From Bacteroidales bacterium (GTDB lineage Bacteria; Bacteroidota; Bacteroidia; Bacteroidales; UBA7960): a DNA stretch of 64,000 nucleotides. The translations under genes were made by a program, and so were the position numbers. Below are positions 9,959-21,226 of the stretch, one piece after another (the stretch's first letter is position 1; each line of letters opens with the position of its first letter). The stretch spans positions 3,981-67,980 of the forward strand of contig DATIKH010000085.1 in NCBI GenBank assembly GCA_035477775.1, given 5' to 3'. The notes under the pieces are model-generated. The model made no database searches, was not told the DNA's origin, and saw only the letters and a program-made list of their open reading frames with translations.

Positions 9959-12900
9959 ATGCAAGAAGTTCTTTTCAAAAAAATCAACAATCTGCTGGCA
10001 TGGCTCGCATTTGCCATTTCGGCAATAGTTTATATGCTGACCCTTGAGCCGACTGCCAGCCTGTGGGATTCGGGCCAGTTTGTTGCCATAGCAAGCAAGC
10101 TTCAGGTTGGTCACCCTCCGGGAGCGCCCCTTTATCAGATGATGGGCCGGATATTTTCTCTTTTTTCTTTTGGAGAAGTAAGCCAGATTGCTTTTTGGGT
10201 AAATACCATGTCCGCATTTTTTGCAGCTTTGGCTGTTAGTTTGCTTTTTCGAACCATTACCATTCTTGCCCGCAAGCTTATAACAACCAATGGCGACCTT
10301 AGCCTCGATAAAGTCATCCTTATTTTTGGGAGCGGCATGGTGGGGTCACTTGCCTTTGCTTTTAGCGACTCCTTTTGGTTTTCGGCTGTCGAAGCAGAGG
10401 TTTATACAACCTCCATGTTTTTTACGGCCTTTGTGTTTTGGTCAATTCTAAAATGGGAAGAGGTAGCCCACGAAAAAGACTCCCTAAAATGGCTCGTGGC
10501 GATTGCTTTTATCATTGGCCTTTCCATTGGTGTGCACATGCTCAATCTGCTTGCCATACCAGCAATCGTGTATGTGTATTACTTTAAAAAATTCAATCCC
10601 ACCACTAAAGGAATCATCCTTGCCGGCCTTTTGTCGTTTGTGCTTTTGGGGTTTATCATGAGCATTTTTATTCCTGGAGTGCTCACACTCGACTGGTGGT
10701 TCGAATTGTTTTTTGTCAATGTGTTAGGCCTTCCATTCAATGTGGGTAGTATATTTTTCTTCGTTCTGCTTATAGCTGGTATAGTCGGTGCGCTCTATTA
10801 CACCCACAAACATAAGAAAGTGGTTCTGAATACCGTTATTCTTGCCTTCACTTTCATTCTGATTGGATATTCTACCTATTTTATGTTGGTTATCAGATCA
10901 AATGCCTATGTTCCCATCAATCAGAACGCCCCGAAGGATGCTTTGGCCATGAAGGCCTATCTGGGTCGTGAGCAATATGGCGACTGGCCATTGATCCAGG
11001 GCCCATACTACAACTCTCCAATTATTGATTTCGAGGATGGACGTCCAGCTTATGGAAAAAACCTCGAAACAGGCCGCTACGAGGTAACCAATTACAGGAG
11101 GGGATTTGAACCGGTGTTTCACCCCGATTTTATTACGGTTTTCCCACGAATGTGGAGCAGTTCAATGCAAATGCACATAAGCGGCTACGAAACATGGGGA
11201 AATGTTGAAGGAAGACCAGTAAGGTTTACCAACAGGGAAGGCGAACAGGAGGTGGTAAATAAACCAACATTTATTGAAAACCTTCGGTTTTTTATTGCTT
11301 ATCAGGTGGGGCATATGTATTGGAGGTACTTTATGTGGAATTTTGCCGGTAGGCAAAACGACATTCAGGGTCATGGAAGCCCCATTGAAGGTAATTGGCT
11401 CTCGGGTATCAACTTTATTGATGAACTCCGGCTTGGGCCCCAGGACAATCTTCCGGAAAGTTTCACCACCAACCGGGGCTACAACAGGTATTACATGCTG
11501 CCATTGCTGTTAGGTATAATTGGTATGCTCTACCAATTGCGTCGCAGGCCAAACGACACCCTGGTGGTAGCTGCACTTTTCTTTATGACCGGCTTGGCCA
11601 TTGTAATCTACCTCAATCAAACTCCCTTCCAGCCACGGGAGCGCGACTATTCATACATTGGCTCATTTTACGCCTTTTCTATCTGGGTTGGACTGGGAGT
11701 ACTTGGATTGTACAATTTTCTGAGTAAAAAAATAAAATGGCAGGTTGCCGTTTCAATTGCACTCATTGCCTCCCTTATGGCGGCACCTGTTCTTATGGCA
11801 GCCGAAAACTGGGACGGCAACGACCGTTCCGGTAGGTATTTGGCCCGCGATTTAGGCAAAAACTACCTCGAAACCCTGGCTCCCAACGCCATCATTTTTA
11901 CTATGGGCGATAACGATACTTTTCCGCTCTGGTATGCCCAGGAAGTGGAAGGTGTGAGGACAGACGTGAAAGTGGTAAACTTGAGCCTGCTCAATACCGA
12001 CTGGTATATCAACTACATGATGAGGCGTAAAACTTACAATGCCGACCCTTTGCCCCTTACAATGGATCCAATCAAATACCGTGATGGTACGCGCGATTTT
12101 GTTTTTCTCATTGAAAATCCTGGTCTTCAGGGCTATCAAGACCTTGCAAGCATTATGAGGTTTGTTGCCAGCGATGACCCGCGGACCCGCATTAGGACAC
12201 ACCGTGGCATGGAAGACTTCATTCCTACAAAACAATTCCGCCTCCCGGTTGATTCCGCCAGGGTGGTCGAAAATGGCACCGTTGCTCCCGAAGATGCGCA
12301 TCTTATTGTTCCGGCTTTAGAATGGACCATTGACGAGTTTGGGATACACAAAAACCATCTTATAGTTCTTGATTTTCTGGCTGCAAACAATTGGGAGCGC
12401 CCGGTTTACTTTGCTATTACTACCGGTCCGGAAGCATATATTGGACTCGAGGAGTACTTTCAACTCGAAGGGATGGCATACAGGCTGGTACCTATCCGTA
12501 CCCCGGTGGGCGAAGGTCAGATCGCGCGTATCAATACCCGAATTTTGTACCACAACCTGATGAACAAATACGTTTGGGGAAATATTTACGATCCTGATGT
12601 TTACATGAATGAAGACAAACGTCGTTTGTCGGTGAATTTCAAAAATATTTTCCAGCGCCTTGCGCACGCACTTATTGCAGAAAACAAAATGGATTCGGCC
12701 ATAGCAGTTTTGGATCGGGCAAAAGAGATCATGCCGGCCAATCAGGTGCCGTTTAATTATTTTACCCTGATGCTTGCCGAAGCATATCTTCGGGCCGGTG
12801 AACTTGAAAAAGGAAATGAGCTTGCCGGTAAACTGGTCGATTATTATACCGAAAACCTTGGGTATTATTTCAGATTTGAAGGCCCCATGGCTGCTCACCT

Positions 12901-13039
12901 TGACCGCAACAAGCAGGAAGGTCTTGCCATTTTGCAGCGGATAGGGTTCCTGGGCGAAACCTTCGGATTAGAAGAACTTACACAACGTGCCAAGTCGGAA
13001 TTCGATGTGTACTACCAACTTTTTATCCAGGCGATGTAG
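9959..13039 (+). CDS. DUF2723-family (GT117-like) large polytopic membrane protein with C-terminal TPR-like region
   Basis: N-terminus ...MLTLEPTASLWDSGQFVAIASKLQVGHPPGAPLYQMMGRIF is characteristic of DUF2723 proteins. Many TM helices, ~1000 aa. Confidence 0.8.
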   Translation: MQEVLFKKINNLLAWLAFAISAIVYMLTLEPTASLWDSGQFVAIASKLQVGHPPGAPLYQMMGRIFSLFSFGEVSQIAFWVNTMSAFFAALAVSLLFRTITILARKLITTNGDLSLDKVILIFGSGMVGSLAFAFSDSFWFSAVEAEVYTTSMFFTAFVFWSILKWEEVAHEKDSLKWLVAIAFIIGLSIGVHMLNLLAIPAIVYVYYFKKFNPTTKGIILAGLLSFVLLGFIMSIFIPGVLTLDWWFELFFVNVLGLPFNVGSIFFFVLLIAGIVGALYYTHKHKKVVLNTVILAFTFILIGYSTYFMLVIRSNAYVPINQNAPKDALAMKAYLGREQYGDWPLIQGPYYNSPIIDFEDGRPAYGKNLETGRYEVTNYRRGFEPVFHPDFITVFPRMWSSSMQMHISGYETWGNVEGRPVRFTNREGEQEVVNKPTFIENLRFFIAYQVGHMYWRYFMWNFAGRQNDIQGHGSPIEGNWLSGINFIDELRLGPQDNLPESFTTNRGYNRYYMLPLLLGIIGMLYQLRRRPNDTLVVAALFFMTGLAIVIYLNQTPFQPRERDYSYIGSFYAFSIWVGLGVLGLYNFLSKKIKWQVAVSIALIASLMAAPVLMAAENWDGNDRSGRYLARDLGKNYLETLAPNAIIFTMGDNDTFPLWYAQEVEGVRTDVKVVNLSLLNTDWYINYMMRRKTYNADPLPLTMDPIKYRDGTRDFVFLIENPGLQGYQDLASIMRFVASDDPRTRIRTHRGMEDFIPTKQFRLPVDSARVVENGTVAPEDAHLIVPALEWTIDEFGIHKNHLIVLDFLAANNWERPVYFAITTGPEAYIGLEEYFQLEGMAYRLVPIRTPVGEGQIARINTRILYHNLMNKYVWGNIYDPDVYMNEDKRRLSVNFKNIFQRLAHALIAENKMDSAIAVLDRAKEIMPANQVPFNYFTLMLAEAYLRAGELEKGNELAGKLVDYYTENLGYYFRFEGPMAAHLDRNKQEGLAILQRIGFLGETFGLEELTQRAKSEFDVYYQLFIQAM

Positions 13040-13117
13040 CAAGGTTTTGAAGTTGTTGGAAGTTATTTAAAGCCAACACATTAAAAAACGGCTGTATTGT
13101 ATTCAAAAAAAAATACT

Positions 13118-13125
13118 TATTTTTG
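13118..13125 (+). promoter_or_regulatory. -7 box TATTTTTG upstream of rimP-nusA-infB
   Basis: Exact TAnnTTTG match 73 nt upstream of the rimP ATG. Confidence 0.45.
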
Positions 13126-13197
13126 CAGCCAATATTGCTAAACGCCAATAGTTTTAAGGGGGCAATTCAGTCCCCTTCTTTTTTGGAAGTAACTGGT

Positions 13198-13656
13198 ATG
13201 ATTGACGAAAACAAAATACAATCCATTGTAAATCAATATCTGGAAAATTCGGATAAGTTCCTGATTGAAGTGAACGTAAGGCCCGGAAACCGGGTTCAGG
13301 TGCTGATCGATGGAGACAAGGGGGTGCAGATTGCCGATTGCGCCCTTTTAACCAGGCATATAGAGGCCAATGTTGACCGTTCACTGGAAGATTATTCCCT
13401 TGAAGTATCATCGGTGGGAGTTGGGTCGCCTTTAAAACTCAAAAGGCAATACCCGATAAATATTGGAAGGAAAATACTGCTCGTTGACCATGACTTGAAT
13501 AAAACTACAGGAAAGCTTGTCGAAGTGGTTGAAGAAGGCGTTAAAATTGAGCTGAAGCCTTCTGCATCTGACAAGAAAGCAAAATCAGGAACCCCCGAAA
13601 TAGTTTTCGTCCCTTTTTCGGCAATAAAGGAGGCGCGCATTCAGGTTTCGTTTTAA
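13198..13656 (+). CDS. rimP: Ribosome maturation factor RimP
   Basis: MIDENKIQSIVNQYLENSDKFLIEVNVRPGNRVQVLIDGDKGVQIADCALLTRHIE is RimP-like, and the gene sits in the conserved rimP-nusA-infB order. I prefer the ATG at 13198 over the upstream TTG at 13123. Confidence 0.85.
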   Translation: MIDENKIQSIVNQYLENSDKFLIEVNVRPGNRVQVLIDGDKGVQIADCALLTRHIEANVDRSLEDYSLEVSSVGVGSPLKLKRQYPINIGRKILLVDHDLNKTTGKLVEVVEEGVKIELKPSASDKKAKSGTPEIVFVPFSAIKEARIQVSF

Positions 13657-13705
13657 TAATTTTTAGCTACAATTTAGATTTTCAAAATAAAAGTGCAAAG
13701 CAAAA

Positions 13706-14941
13706 ATGGAAAGTATCAATTTGGTTGAATCCTTTTCGGAGTTTAAAGAATTTAAGAATATCGACCGCACAACCATGATGGTCATACTTCAGGATGTTTT
13801 CCGCAATATGCTCATGAAGAAGTATGGTTCGTCCGACAATTTCGACATTATTGTAAACATCGACAAAGGTGACCTGGAGGTGTGGCACAACCGTATTGTT
13901 GTTGAAGACGGCGCGGTTCAGGATGCCAGTGCCGAAATAGCATATTCGGATGCCATTAAAATAGAGCCCGATTTTGAGATTGGCGAGGAGGTATCGGAGC
14001 CTGTCAGAATGGCCGATTTTGGTCGCCGCGAAATATTGGCAATACGTCAGAACCTCGCCACAAAAATTCTTGAACTCGAAAAAGACAGTGTTTACAAAAA
14101 GTACAAAGACCGCGTGGGCGAGTTGATTACTGCAGAAGTCTATCAGGTCTGGAAAAAGGAAACCCTTGCTCTTGATGACGAAGGCATTGAACTGATTCTT
14201 CCAAAGTCGGAGCAGATTCCATCAGATTTTTTCCGCAAAGGCGATTCTGTTAGGGCAGTCGTGGCTCGGGTGGAGATTAAAAACAACAACCCGCTGATTA
14301 TCCTCTCGCGCACATCTCCCATGTTTATAGAGCGGCTTTTTGAACAAGAAGTGCCCGAAGTCTTTGACGGCCTCATTACCATTAAAAAGATTGTAAGGGT
14401 GCCTGGTGAGCGGGCAAAAGTCGCGGTGGAGTCTTACGACGACCGTATTGACCCCGTTGGTGCTTGTGTAGGGATGAAAGGCTCGCGTATTCACGGAATT
14501 GTGAGAGAACTTCGAAACGAGAACATCGATGTGATCAACTACACCACCAATCCTACCTTGTATATTACGCGCTCGCTGAGCCCTGCAAAAATTAACTCCA
14601 TTAATATTGACCAGAAAAATTTACGGGCAGAGGTTTTTCTGAAACCCGACCAGGTTTCCCTGGCCATAGGTAAAGGAGGTTTTAATATAAAGCTGGCCGG
14701 ACAGTTGACTGGTTTCGAAATAGATGTTTACCGCGATAGCGAAGTGGAATCCGAAGATGTTGACTTGATGGAGTTTACTGATGAAATCGAGCCATGGGTT
14801 ATCAATGAATTGAAAAACATTGGCTGCGATACCGCTAAAAGCGTTTTGAACCTTAACGTTGAAGACCTGGTACAACGTACCGACCTTGAAGAGGAAACGA
14901 TCCTCGAAGTAATGAGAATATTACGGGCCGAATTTGAATAA
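13706..14941 (+). CDS. nusA: Transcription termination/antitermination factor NusA
   Basis: S1/KH region motifs (GERAKVAV, DPVGACVGMKGSRI, EVFLKPDQVSLAIGKGGFNIKLA) and position between rimP and infB. Confidence 0.95.
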   Translation: MESINLVESFSEFKEFKNIDRTTMMVILQDVFRNMLMKKYGSSDNFDIIVNIDKGDLEVWHNRIVVEDGAVQDASAEIAYSDAIKIEPDFEIGEEVSEPVRMADFGRREILAIRQNLATKILELEKDSVYKKYKDRVGELITAEVYQVWKKETLALDDEGIELILPKSEQIPSDFFRKGDSVRAVVARVEIKNNNPLIILSRTSPMFIERLFEQEVPEVFDGLITIKKIVRVPGERAKVAVESYDDRIDPVGACVGMKGSRIHGIVRELRNENIDVINYTTNPTLYITRSLSPAKINSINIDQKNLRAEVFLKPDQVSLAIGKGGFNIKLAGQLTGFEIDVYRDSEVESEDVDLMEFTDEIEPWVINELKNIGCDTAKSVLNLNVEDLVQRTDLEEETILEVMRILRAEFE

Positions 14942-14947
14942 ATTGCC

Positions 14948-14955
14948 TAATTTTG
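14948..14955 (+). promoter_or_regulatory. Possible internal -7 box TAATTTTG ahead of infB
   Basis: Exact TAnnTTTG match in the 60-nt nusA-infB spacer. Confidence 0.35.
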
Positions 14956-15001
14956 CACGATTTTTAGCCCACTCCAAGTATTTGAAAACCAAACCCTGCT
15001 T

Positions 15002-17947
15002 ATGACCGAAGCAACCACAGTAAAGCGTTTGAGCAAAGTTGCCCGTGAGTTTAACATTGGTACGCTTACCATTGTTGAATTTCTTGGAAAAAAAGGCACC
15101 ATAATCGAAAACAATCCGAACACCAAAATATCGGATAGCGCTTATGAGTTGCTTTGCAAGGAATTTCAACAGGAAAAAAAATTCAAGGAAGCCACTTTGG
15201 GCAAAGCTATGCCGCAAGGTCAGAGAACTGCTGTTTCAATTGAGGAGCCAAAAGGTGCAGTACAGTTCGAAAAAACAGTTAAGGGTTTGGAGGCAGAAAC
15301 GGAAAAGCAAATTCCTGTTAAAGATCAGGTACAAGTGACCGACCCAGTTTCGATTTTGGATGAGATAAAATTGCCAGGTGTCAAAATTGTTGGAAAACTA
15401 GAAGAAAAGAAGGACAAGCCTGAAGAGAAATCTGAAGATAGACCTAAAGAGAAATCTGAGAAGAAACCAGAAAAAGACCCATTGCCCGAAACAATTTTAA
15501 CTCCTGAACCCGAAGCAGCATATATTGAGCAGAAGATTCAGCCGGTTGTTGATAATGATCGTGTAGCTGTGAAAGAAAGTGAAGTGCTTCCAGGTCCGAA
15601 ACTCGTTGGAAAGATCGACCTCGAAACTTTAAAGACTACCAGGAGTAAAGCCCATAAGCCCAAAGAGACTATCCCCCCTGTTATCCAGGAGGAGCCAATC
15701 GCTCAAGTGCCTGTAGCCGAACCAGTGAAAGGGGAGGAGGTCGTTGAGGAGACCCATAAAGGCGAGAAGAAGGATCTTTTCAAGGTTGAACGGACCAAGT
15801 TGGCGGGCCCGACCATTTTAGGAAGCATTGTACTGCCTGATCCCAAGGAACAACAAAAAAAGCCTGTGGCTTCGTCAACTGACCAAAAACAATCCAAAAA
15901 ACGGAAACGCAAGCGTATTAATAAAAAAGATCGGACAGGTGAGACAGAGGTTGTTGCTCCGGCTCCTGCAACAGCAAAAAGCCCTAAACCAGAAACATCC
16001 TGGACCCGCAAACCAAGGTATTCGGATCCTATTAAGCCTGAAATATCCGACGAAGCAATTCAAAAACAAATTAGGGAAACCCTTGCAGCTTTAAGCAATG
16101 TTGGGGGGAAATCGAAAGGCTCCAAGCATCGACGACTGAAACGGGAACACCTCGAGAAGAAAAGAGAAAAGGAACTCGAACGCGAAACATCGGATACAAA
16201 AGTTCTGAAAGTTACCGAGTTTATTCCAGCTTCGGAGTTTGCAACCATGATGAATGTTGGCATCAATGAAGTGATCTCGACTTGTATGAGCCTCGGGTTG
16301 TTCATTTCAATCAATCAGCGACTCGATGCCGAAACCATGGTAATAGTAGCCAGTGAGTTTGGCTTCGACATTGAATTTGTGAAGCTAGATGATCAGATTG
16401 TTGTTGAACAAGAAGATGATGTTGCCGACTTAAGACCGAGAGCACCTATTGTAACCGTTATGGGTCACGTTGACCACGGAAAAACGTCGCTGCTCGACCG
16501 TATCAGGCGAACCAACGTGATTGCAGGCGAAGCTGGCGGTATAACACAGCATATTGGAGCTTATTCCGTGCAGCAGGAAAGCGGCAAGTCGATTACTTTT
16601 TTAGATACACCTGGACACGAGGCCTTTACAGCTATGCGTGCCCGCGGTGCCCGGCTTACCGATGTTGCCATCATTGTGGTTGCTGCCGACGACAATGTGA
16701 TGCCTCAAACCGTGGAAGCCATTAACCACGCTCAGGCCGCCAACGTACCCATTGTAATAGCAATTAATAAAATTGACAAGCCTTCGGCAAACCCGGAAAA
16801 AGTAAAGGAAGAATTGGCCAAAATCAATATTCTGGTCGAAGATTGGGGCGGGAAATATCAAAGCCAGGAAATATCAGCCAAGCAAGGGGTCAATGTTGAA
16901 CTGTTGCTTGAAAAAGTTCTGTTGGAAGCCGAACTGTTAGACCTCAAGGCCAATCCATCCAGGAAGGCTACAGGTACAGTTATTGAATCGGCCCTCGATA
17001 AAGGCCGGGGATATATTGCAACGCTACTTGTACAAAATGGTACATTACAGGCTGGCGATATTGTTGTGGCAGGCGTTTCACATGGCCGGGTAAAAGCCAT
17101 GTTCAACGAGCGCGGACAGCGTATAAAGGAAGCCAATCCTTCAACTCCGGTGCTTATCTTAGGACTTGACGGTGCTCCCCAAGCAGGCGATACCTTCCAG
17201 GTAATGGAAACTGAAAGTGAGGCCAAAGCCATTACGGTAAAAAGGCAGCAAATCCTTCGCGAACAAGGCCTGCGGACACAGAAACATATCACCCTCGATG
17301 AGATTGGCCGACGAATTGCCATCGGCGATTTCAAGGAGTTGAACATTATCGTAAAAGGCGATGTGGATGGTTCTGTAGAAGCACTCTCCGATTCGCTACT
17401 TAAACTTACAACTCCAGAGGTGCAGGTAAATATCATCCACAAAGCCGTGGGCCCCATTACCGAAGGCGATGTACTGCTTGCCTCTGCCTCCAATGCCATT
17501 GTGGTTGGATTCCAGGTTCGTCCCTCTCTTGCAGCCAGGAAATTGGCCGAACAGGAAGAGATCGACATCAGGCTGTACAGTGTGATTTACAATGCCATCA
17601 ACGAAATAAAATCGGCCATAGAAGGTATGCTCTCTCCCGAAATCGAAGAAAAGGTAATTGCCAACATCGAAGTGCGGGAAGTCTTTAAAATTACCAAAGT
17701 CGGAACTGTTGCAGGCTGTATGGTTCTTGATGGAAAGGTAAACCGCAACGCCAATATTCGCCTTATCCGCGACGGGATTGTGGTTTATACAGGCCACCTT
17801 GGCTCACTCAAGCGTTTCAAGGACGATGTAAAGGAAGTATCATCAGGTTATGAATGCGGCTTGAATATTGACCGCTTCAACGATATAAAAGTTGGTGATA
17901 TCATCGAAGCGTTCGAGACCATCGAAATTGCAAGAAAACTTTCCTGA
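15002..17947 (+). CDS. infB: Translation initiation factor IF-2
   Basis: GTPase motifs [21 protein letters not shown] and NKID. Lys/Glu/Pro-rich low-complexity N-terminal region typical of IF-2. Confidence 0.97.
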   Translation: MTEATTVKRLSKVAREFNIGTLTIVEFLGKKGTIIENNPNTKISDSAYELLCKEFQQEKKFKEATLGKAMPQGQRTAVSIEEPKGAVQFEKTVKGLEAETEKQIPVKDQVQVTDPVSILDEIKLPGVKIVGKLEEKKDKPEEKSEDRPKEKSEKKPEKDPLPETILTPEPEAAYIEQKIQPVVDNDRVAVKESEVLPGPKLVGKIDLETLKTTRSKAHKPKETIPPVIQEEPIAQVPVAEPVKGEEVVEETHKGEKKDLFKVERTKLAGPTILGSIVLPDPKEQQKKPVASSTDQKQSKKRKRKRINKKDRTGETEVVAPAPATAKSPKPETSWTRKPRYSDPIKPEISDEAIQKQIRETLAALSNVGGKSKGSKHRRLKREHLEKKREKELERETSDTKVLKVTEFIPASEFATMMNVGINEVISTCMSLGLFISINQRLDAETMVIVASEFGFDIEFVKLDDQIVVEQEDDVADLRPRAPIVTVMGHVDHGKTSLLDRIRRTNVIAGEAGGITQHIGAYSVQQESGKSITFLDTPGHEAFTAMRARGARLTDVAIIVVAADDNVMPQTVEAINHAQAANVPIVIAINKIDKPSANPEKVKEELAKINILVEDWGGKYQSQEISAKQGVNVELLLEKVLLEAELLDLKANPSRKATGTVIESALDKGRGYIATLLVQNGTLQAGDIVVAGVSHGRVKAMFNERGQRIKEANPSTPVLILGLDGAPQAGDTFQVMETESEAKAITVKRQQILREQGLRTQKHITLDEIGRRIAIGDFKELNIIVKGDVDGSVEALSDSLLKLTTPEVQVNIIHKAVGPITEGDVLLASASNAIVVGFQVRPSLAARKLAEQEEIDIRLYSVIYNAINEIKSAIEGMLSPEIEEKVIANIEVREVFKITKVGTVAGCMVLDGKVNRNANIRLIRDGIVVYTGHLGSLKRFKDDVKEVSSGYECGLNIDRFNDIKVGDIIEAFETIEIARKLS

Positions 17948-18127
17948 CATTACTTTGCAAAAAAGGCAATTTACTAAATCTGGTGCTTACCGGCATAGGT
18001 TGTGCTAATGCAGTTTTATTCAGCGTTATGTCTGCATTCTTTCGAAAACTTACGGTTAGCATTATCGGATAGCGTTTGAAAAGGGCATCTTAATAATCAT
18101 GGGTGTTTATTTAAAGGCTTTTAAAAA

Positions 18128-19477
18128 ATGACAAATCTCAGGGTAAACATTGATAAGGCTAAAGAATTTGTAACCAGAGAGGAGATTGAAAGCTTTCAAT
18201 CCGGGCTTACTTCGCACAGAAAAAGCATATACACCAAGACCGGTAAAGGCAACGATTTTCTTGGTTGGGTTTCTCTGCCTGGATCCATCAATAAGGAGCT
18301 GCTTTCGAGGCTTGAATCAGATGCAGATAAGATGTGGAGAACGTCGGATGTTGTTGTGGTCTGCGGCATTGGAGGTTCATATCTAGGCGCCAGGGCAGTT
18401 ATAGATGCCCTTGGTAATCCTTTCCTGCCATTTCTTCCTAAGACCTCTCAGGCCGCCCCAGCCATCATTTATGCAGGTCATCATCTTGACGAAGATTACA
18501 CTGCCAGGTTGCTTAATTTACTCAATGCAGTCAATTACTCCATTATTGTAATAAGCAAATCGGGCACTACCACTGAGCCGGCAGTGGCTTTCCGGATTTT
18601 GAAAAAGCATATCGAAAAAAAATACGGAACGGCCGAAGCCTCAAAAAGAATCTTTGCCATTACGGATGCAAGTAAAGGAGCCTTGAAAAATCTTGCATCA
18701 GCGCAAGGATATTCAAGCTATGTAATACCCGACGATGTAGGCGGGCGCTATTCGGTGCTCACACCCGTCGGCTTGTTGCCGATTGCCGCTGCCGGATTCA
18801 ATATCAGGTCGTTGGTAAAGGGAGCATTGGCTATGGAAACGCATCTCAGGGATCACGATAAAATCAGCGATAATCAGGCTGCACAATATGCAATAGCCAG
18901 AAACATCCTGTATCGGAAAGGGAAGACCATTGAGTTACTTGCAGGCTACAACCCATCTCTTAGTTATCTTATAGAATGGTGGAAACAACTTTATGGCGAA
19001 AGCGAGGGCAAGGAACTGCAAGGAATTTTCCCGGCTGGCGTTGGTTTTACCACCGATCTGCATTCCATGGGTCAATATATTCAGGATGGTGTCAGGAATA
19101 TTTTTGAAACGGTCATTACCATTGAAAAAGCATCATCCATTGTAAAGATTCCGGCCGATCCTTCCGACCTCGACGGCCTGAACTTTTTGTCAGGTAAGCG
19201 TATCAATGAAGTCAACAAGATGGCTCAGCTGGGAACCATGCTTGCACATGTTGACGGTGGAGTTCCAAATCTCGAAATATCCTTGCCTGAGCTGAATGAG
19301 CAGAATGTGGGTGAGCTCATCTACTTTTTCGAAATGGCATGTGCGCTAAGTGGATATATTTTGGGCGTAAATCCTTTTGATCAGCCCGGAGTGGAAGCCT
19401 ATAAAAGAAATATGTTCGCATTGCTCAATAAACCGGGTTTCGAAAAGGAATCGGAAGAATTGCGAAAAAGACTTTAA
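18128..19477 (+). CDS. pgi: Glucose-6-phosphate isomerase
   Basis: 449-aa short-type PGI with motifs GIGGSYLGARA, ISKSGTTTEP and DVGGRYSVLT. Confidence 0.93.
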   Translation: MTNLRVNIDKAKEFVTREEIESFQSGLTSHRKSIYTKTGKGNDFLGWVSLPGSINKELLSRLESDADKMWRTSDVVVVCGIGGSYLGARAVIDALGNPFLPFLPKTSQAAPAIIYAGHHLDEDYTARLLNLLNAVNYSIIVISKSGTTTEPAVAFRILKKHIEKKYGTAEASKRIFAITDASKGALKNLASAQGYSSYVIPDDVGGRYSVLTPVGLLPIAAAGFNIRSLVKGALAMETHLRDHDKISDNQAAQYAIARNILYRKGKTIELLAGYNPSLSYLIEWWKQLYGESEGKELQGIFPAGVGFTTDLHSMGQYIQDGVRNIFETVITIEKASSIVKIPADPSDLDGLNFLSGKRINEVNKMAQLGTMLAHVDGGVPNLEISLPELNEQNVGELIYFFEMACALSGYILGVNPFDQPGVEAYKRNMFALLNKPGFEKESEELRKRL

Positions 19478-19562
19478 AGAAAACCAGGCTTTAATACAAG
19501 CATTTGCAAACCCGGGTAGCACTTTCAGTACTTACCTTGAAGGTCTTCCGAAGCCAATCCGG

Positions 19563-20138
19563 TTAGCGGTTTTTCTTCGAATAGCATGTGCGGCACAGCG
19601 GCTCATAGGCATCTGTTTCGCCAAGCACAACCAGTTTTTCGCTTACAATGGTACGGTGCGAGTATTGAGCCAGATTGCCACATCCAACACAGATGGCGTG
19701 TACCTTGGTAATGTATTCGGCCATGGCCAGCAGCGCCGGAATGGGGCCAAAAGGATTGCCTTTGAAATCCATGTCGAGCCCTGCCACAATGACCCTGATA
19801 CCCATATTGGCCAATTGGTTGCAAACGTTTGGAAGTTCTGCATCAAAAAATTGTGCCTCATCTATACCAACAACATCTACACCACTGGCCAGTAACAGAA
19901 TGTTTGAGGATGACGGCACAGGGGTTGACATGATTTCGCGGGCGTCGTGCGAAACAACCTTTTGATCGTCGTAACGGACGTCGATTGCAGGCTTGAAAAT
20001 CTCCACTTTCAGCTTGGCAATTTGTGCACGCTTTAATCTACGAATCAGCTCCTCGGTTTTGCCCGAAAACATACTGCCGCAAATTACTTCTATCCACCCG
20101 TGGCGTAAGGTTCTGTTAATATCGTTTTCGATAAACAT
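19563..20138 (-). CDS. tdk: Thymidine kinase
   Basis: P-loop [14 protein letters not shown] and C-terminal zinc-ribbon cysteines (CVGCG...CRTC). Confidence 0.95.
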   Translation of the reverse strand: MFIENDINRTLRHGWIEVICGSMFSGKTEELIRRLKRAQIAKLKVEIFKPAIDVRYDDQKVVSHDAREIMSTPVPSSSNILLLASGVDVVGIDEAQFFDAELPNVCNQLANMGIRVIVAGLDMDFKGNPFGPIPALLAMAEYITKVHAICVGCGNLAQYSHRTIVSEKLVVLGETDAYEPLCRTCYSKKNR

Positions 20139-20196
20139 TCTTCAATTTACCTGTTTATTTGTTACCTTTAACCGGTTTTTGCCGGACATGCAGGCA

Positions 20197-20204
20197 CAAA
20201 ATTA
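20197..20204 (-). promoter_or_regulatory. -7 box TAATTTTG upstream of tdk
   Basis: The minus strand reads TAATTTTG 59 nt upstream of the tdk ATG. Confidence 0.4.
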
Positions 20205-20275
20205 AAAATAAACTTCACTATTATCCGGATACTTAATCCGTCGAAATTTACAATATTTTACTTTTCATTTTTTCT

Positions 20276-21226
20276 ATGCATCAGGAAATCAAAGATCGTA
20301 TCGTACAATTGCTATCGGATGTGGTTGAGCGATCGAAGGCAATCAATCAATCAAGTGGCACTTCTTTAAATCTGGAATTAGATTTGATTATGGAGGACCT
20401 GCGGTCTCTATACCGCGATTTTGAATGGCTGCGTAAGCAAATCTCAGAAAATGATGGCCTTACTCCTGGCAAGGCAATTGAAGTGTCGGAGCAGCATGTT
20501 ACCGAAGCATCCGAACCTTTGGAGCCTGCCAAACAAGCAGCAAAACTGGTTGTTGAAGCTGAACCTTTAGCCGAAGAGTTGATTCCTGCTGAGCAACCCC
20601 AACGAGCCATTGAGGATGTGAAAGAGGTGGTCAGGCCGGCTGTTCCCGAAACTGTAATTGCGGCTTCACCGGCTGTTCCCGAACCTGTAATTGCGGCTTC
20701 ACCGGCTGCTCCTGCTGCAATGTCGGTAAACCTCGAAAGCAACTTGAAAGAACAGGTCGTATCTGCAGGCATGGAATCTCAGAATCAAACCTCTTCCAAC
20801 CTGGGTAGTCCGACACCCGAAATGATTCCGTCCATACCGCAGCCGGCTGCAAATATAGGTTCCTCAGGTATAACCAAAACCCGCATTGCCGACCGTTTTG
20901 TTTCAGAGGACAATTCGTTGCACAAAAGACTTGCCGCTCAAAAGGAAGACCGCAGCCTGGGAGCCCGACTGCAGATGACTCCAATCAGCAATCTCAAAGA
21001 CGCTATTGGGGTCAATGAAAAATTTCTTTTTATCAACGAATTGTTTGGTGGGAATATCCAGGTTTACAACGAGGCCATTGTCAAATTAAATGCCTTTCAA
21101 AATATCGACCAGTCTTTCGAGTATCTGAACGACCTGGGCAAAACCCTTGAGTGGGACGAAAACAGGTCTGCTCAGACTATTGAAAAGCTTGCAGGGTATG
21201 TGATGAGGCGGTATTTGGTTCGATGA
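20276..21226 (+). CDS. Hypothetical protein: Pro/Ala/Glu-rich middle with an 11-aa tandem repeat, globular C-terminal domain
   Basis: Long ORF whose stop overlaps the rsmI start (ATGA at 21223-21226). No family recognised. Confidence 0.6.
   Translation: MHQEIKDRIVQLLSDVVERSKAINQSSGTSLNLELDLIMEDLRSLYRDFEWLRKQISENDGLTPGKAIEVSEQHVTEASEPLEPAKQAAKLVVEAEPLAEELIPAEQPQRAIEDVKEVVRPAVPETVIAASPAVPEPVIAASPAAPAAMSVNLESNLKEQVVSAGMESQNQTSSNLGSPTPEMIPSIPQPAANIGSSGITKTRIADRFVSEDNSLHKRLAAQKEDRSLGARLQMTPISNLKDAIGVNEKFLFINELFGGNIQVYNEAIVKLNAFQNIDQSFEYLNDLGKTLEWDENRSAQTIEKLAGYVMRRYLVR
20636..20712 (+). repeat. 33-bp in-frame tandem repeat, 2.3 copies
   Basis: ccggctgttcccgaaActgtaattgcggcttca (20636-20668) is repeated at 20669-20701 with one mismatch, then partially (ccggctgctcc). 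It encodes PAVPE(T/P)VIAAS twice. Confidence 0.95.

Noticed and set aside
15400-16200. Lys/Glu/Pro-rich repetitive coding stretch that might suggest a separate low-complexity gene or repeat element.
   Set aside because: It is the well-known variable N-terminal region of IF-2, continuous in frame with the GTPase domain.
16858-17568. 236-aa minus-strand ORF inside infB, and 133-aa ORF at 17396-17797.
   Set aside because: They are antisense to a very confidently identified, highly conserved gene. The products are low-complexity (Ser/Thr/Ala/Pro-rich) with no start context or promoter box.
19377-19895. 172-aa plus-strand ORF bridging the pgi 3' end and tdk.
   Set aside because: It starts inside pgi in another frame and runs antisense through tdk. 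Both neighbours are confidently identified, and the ORF has no motifs.
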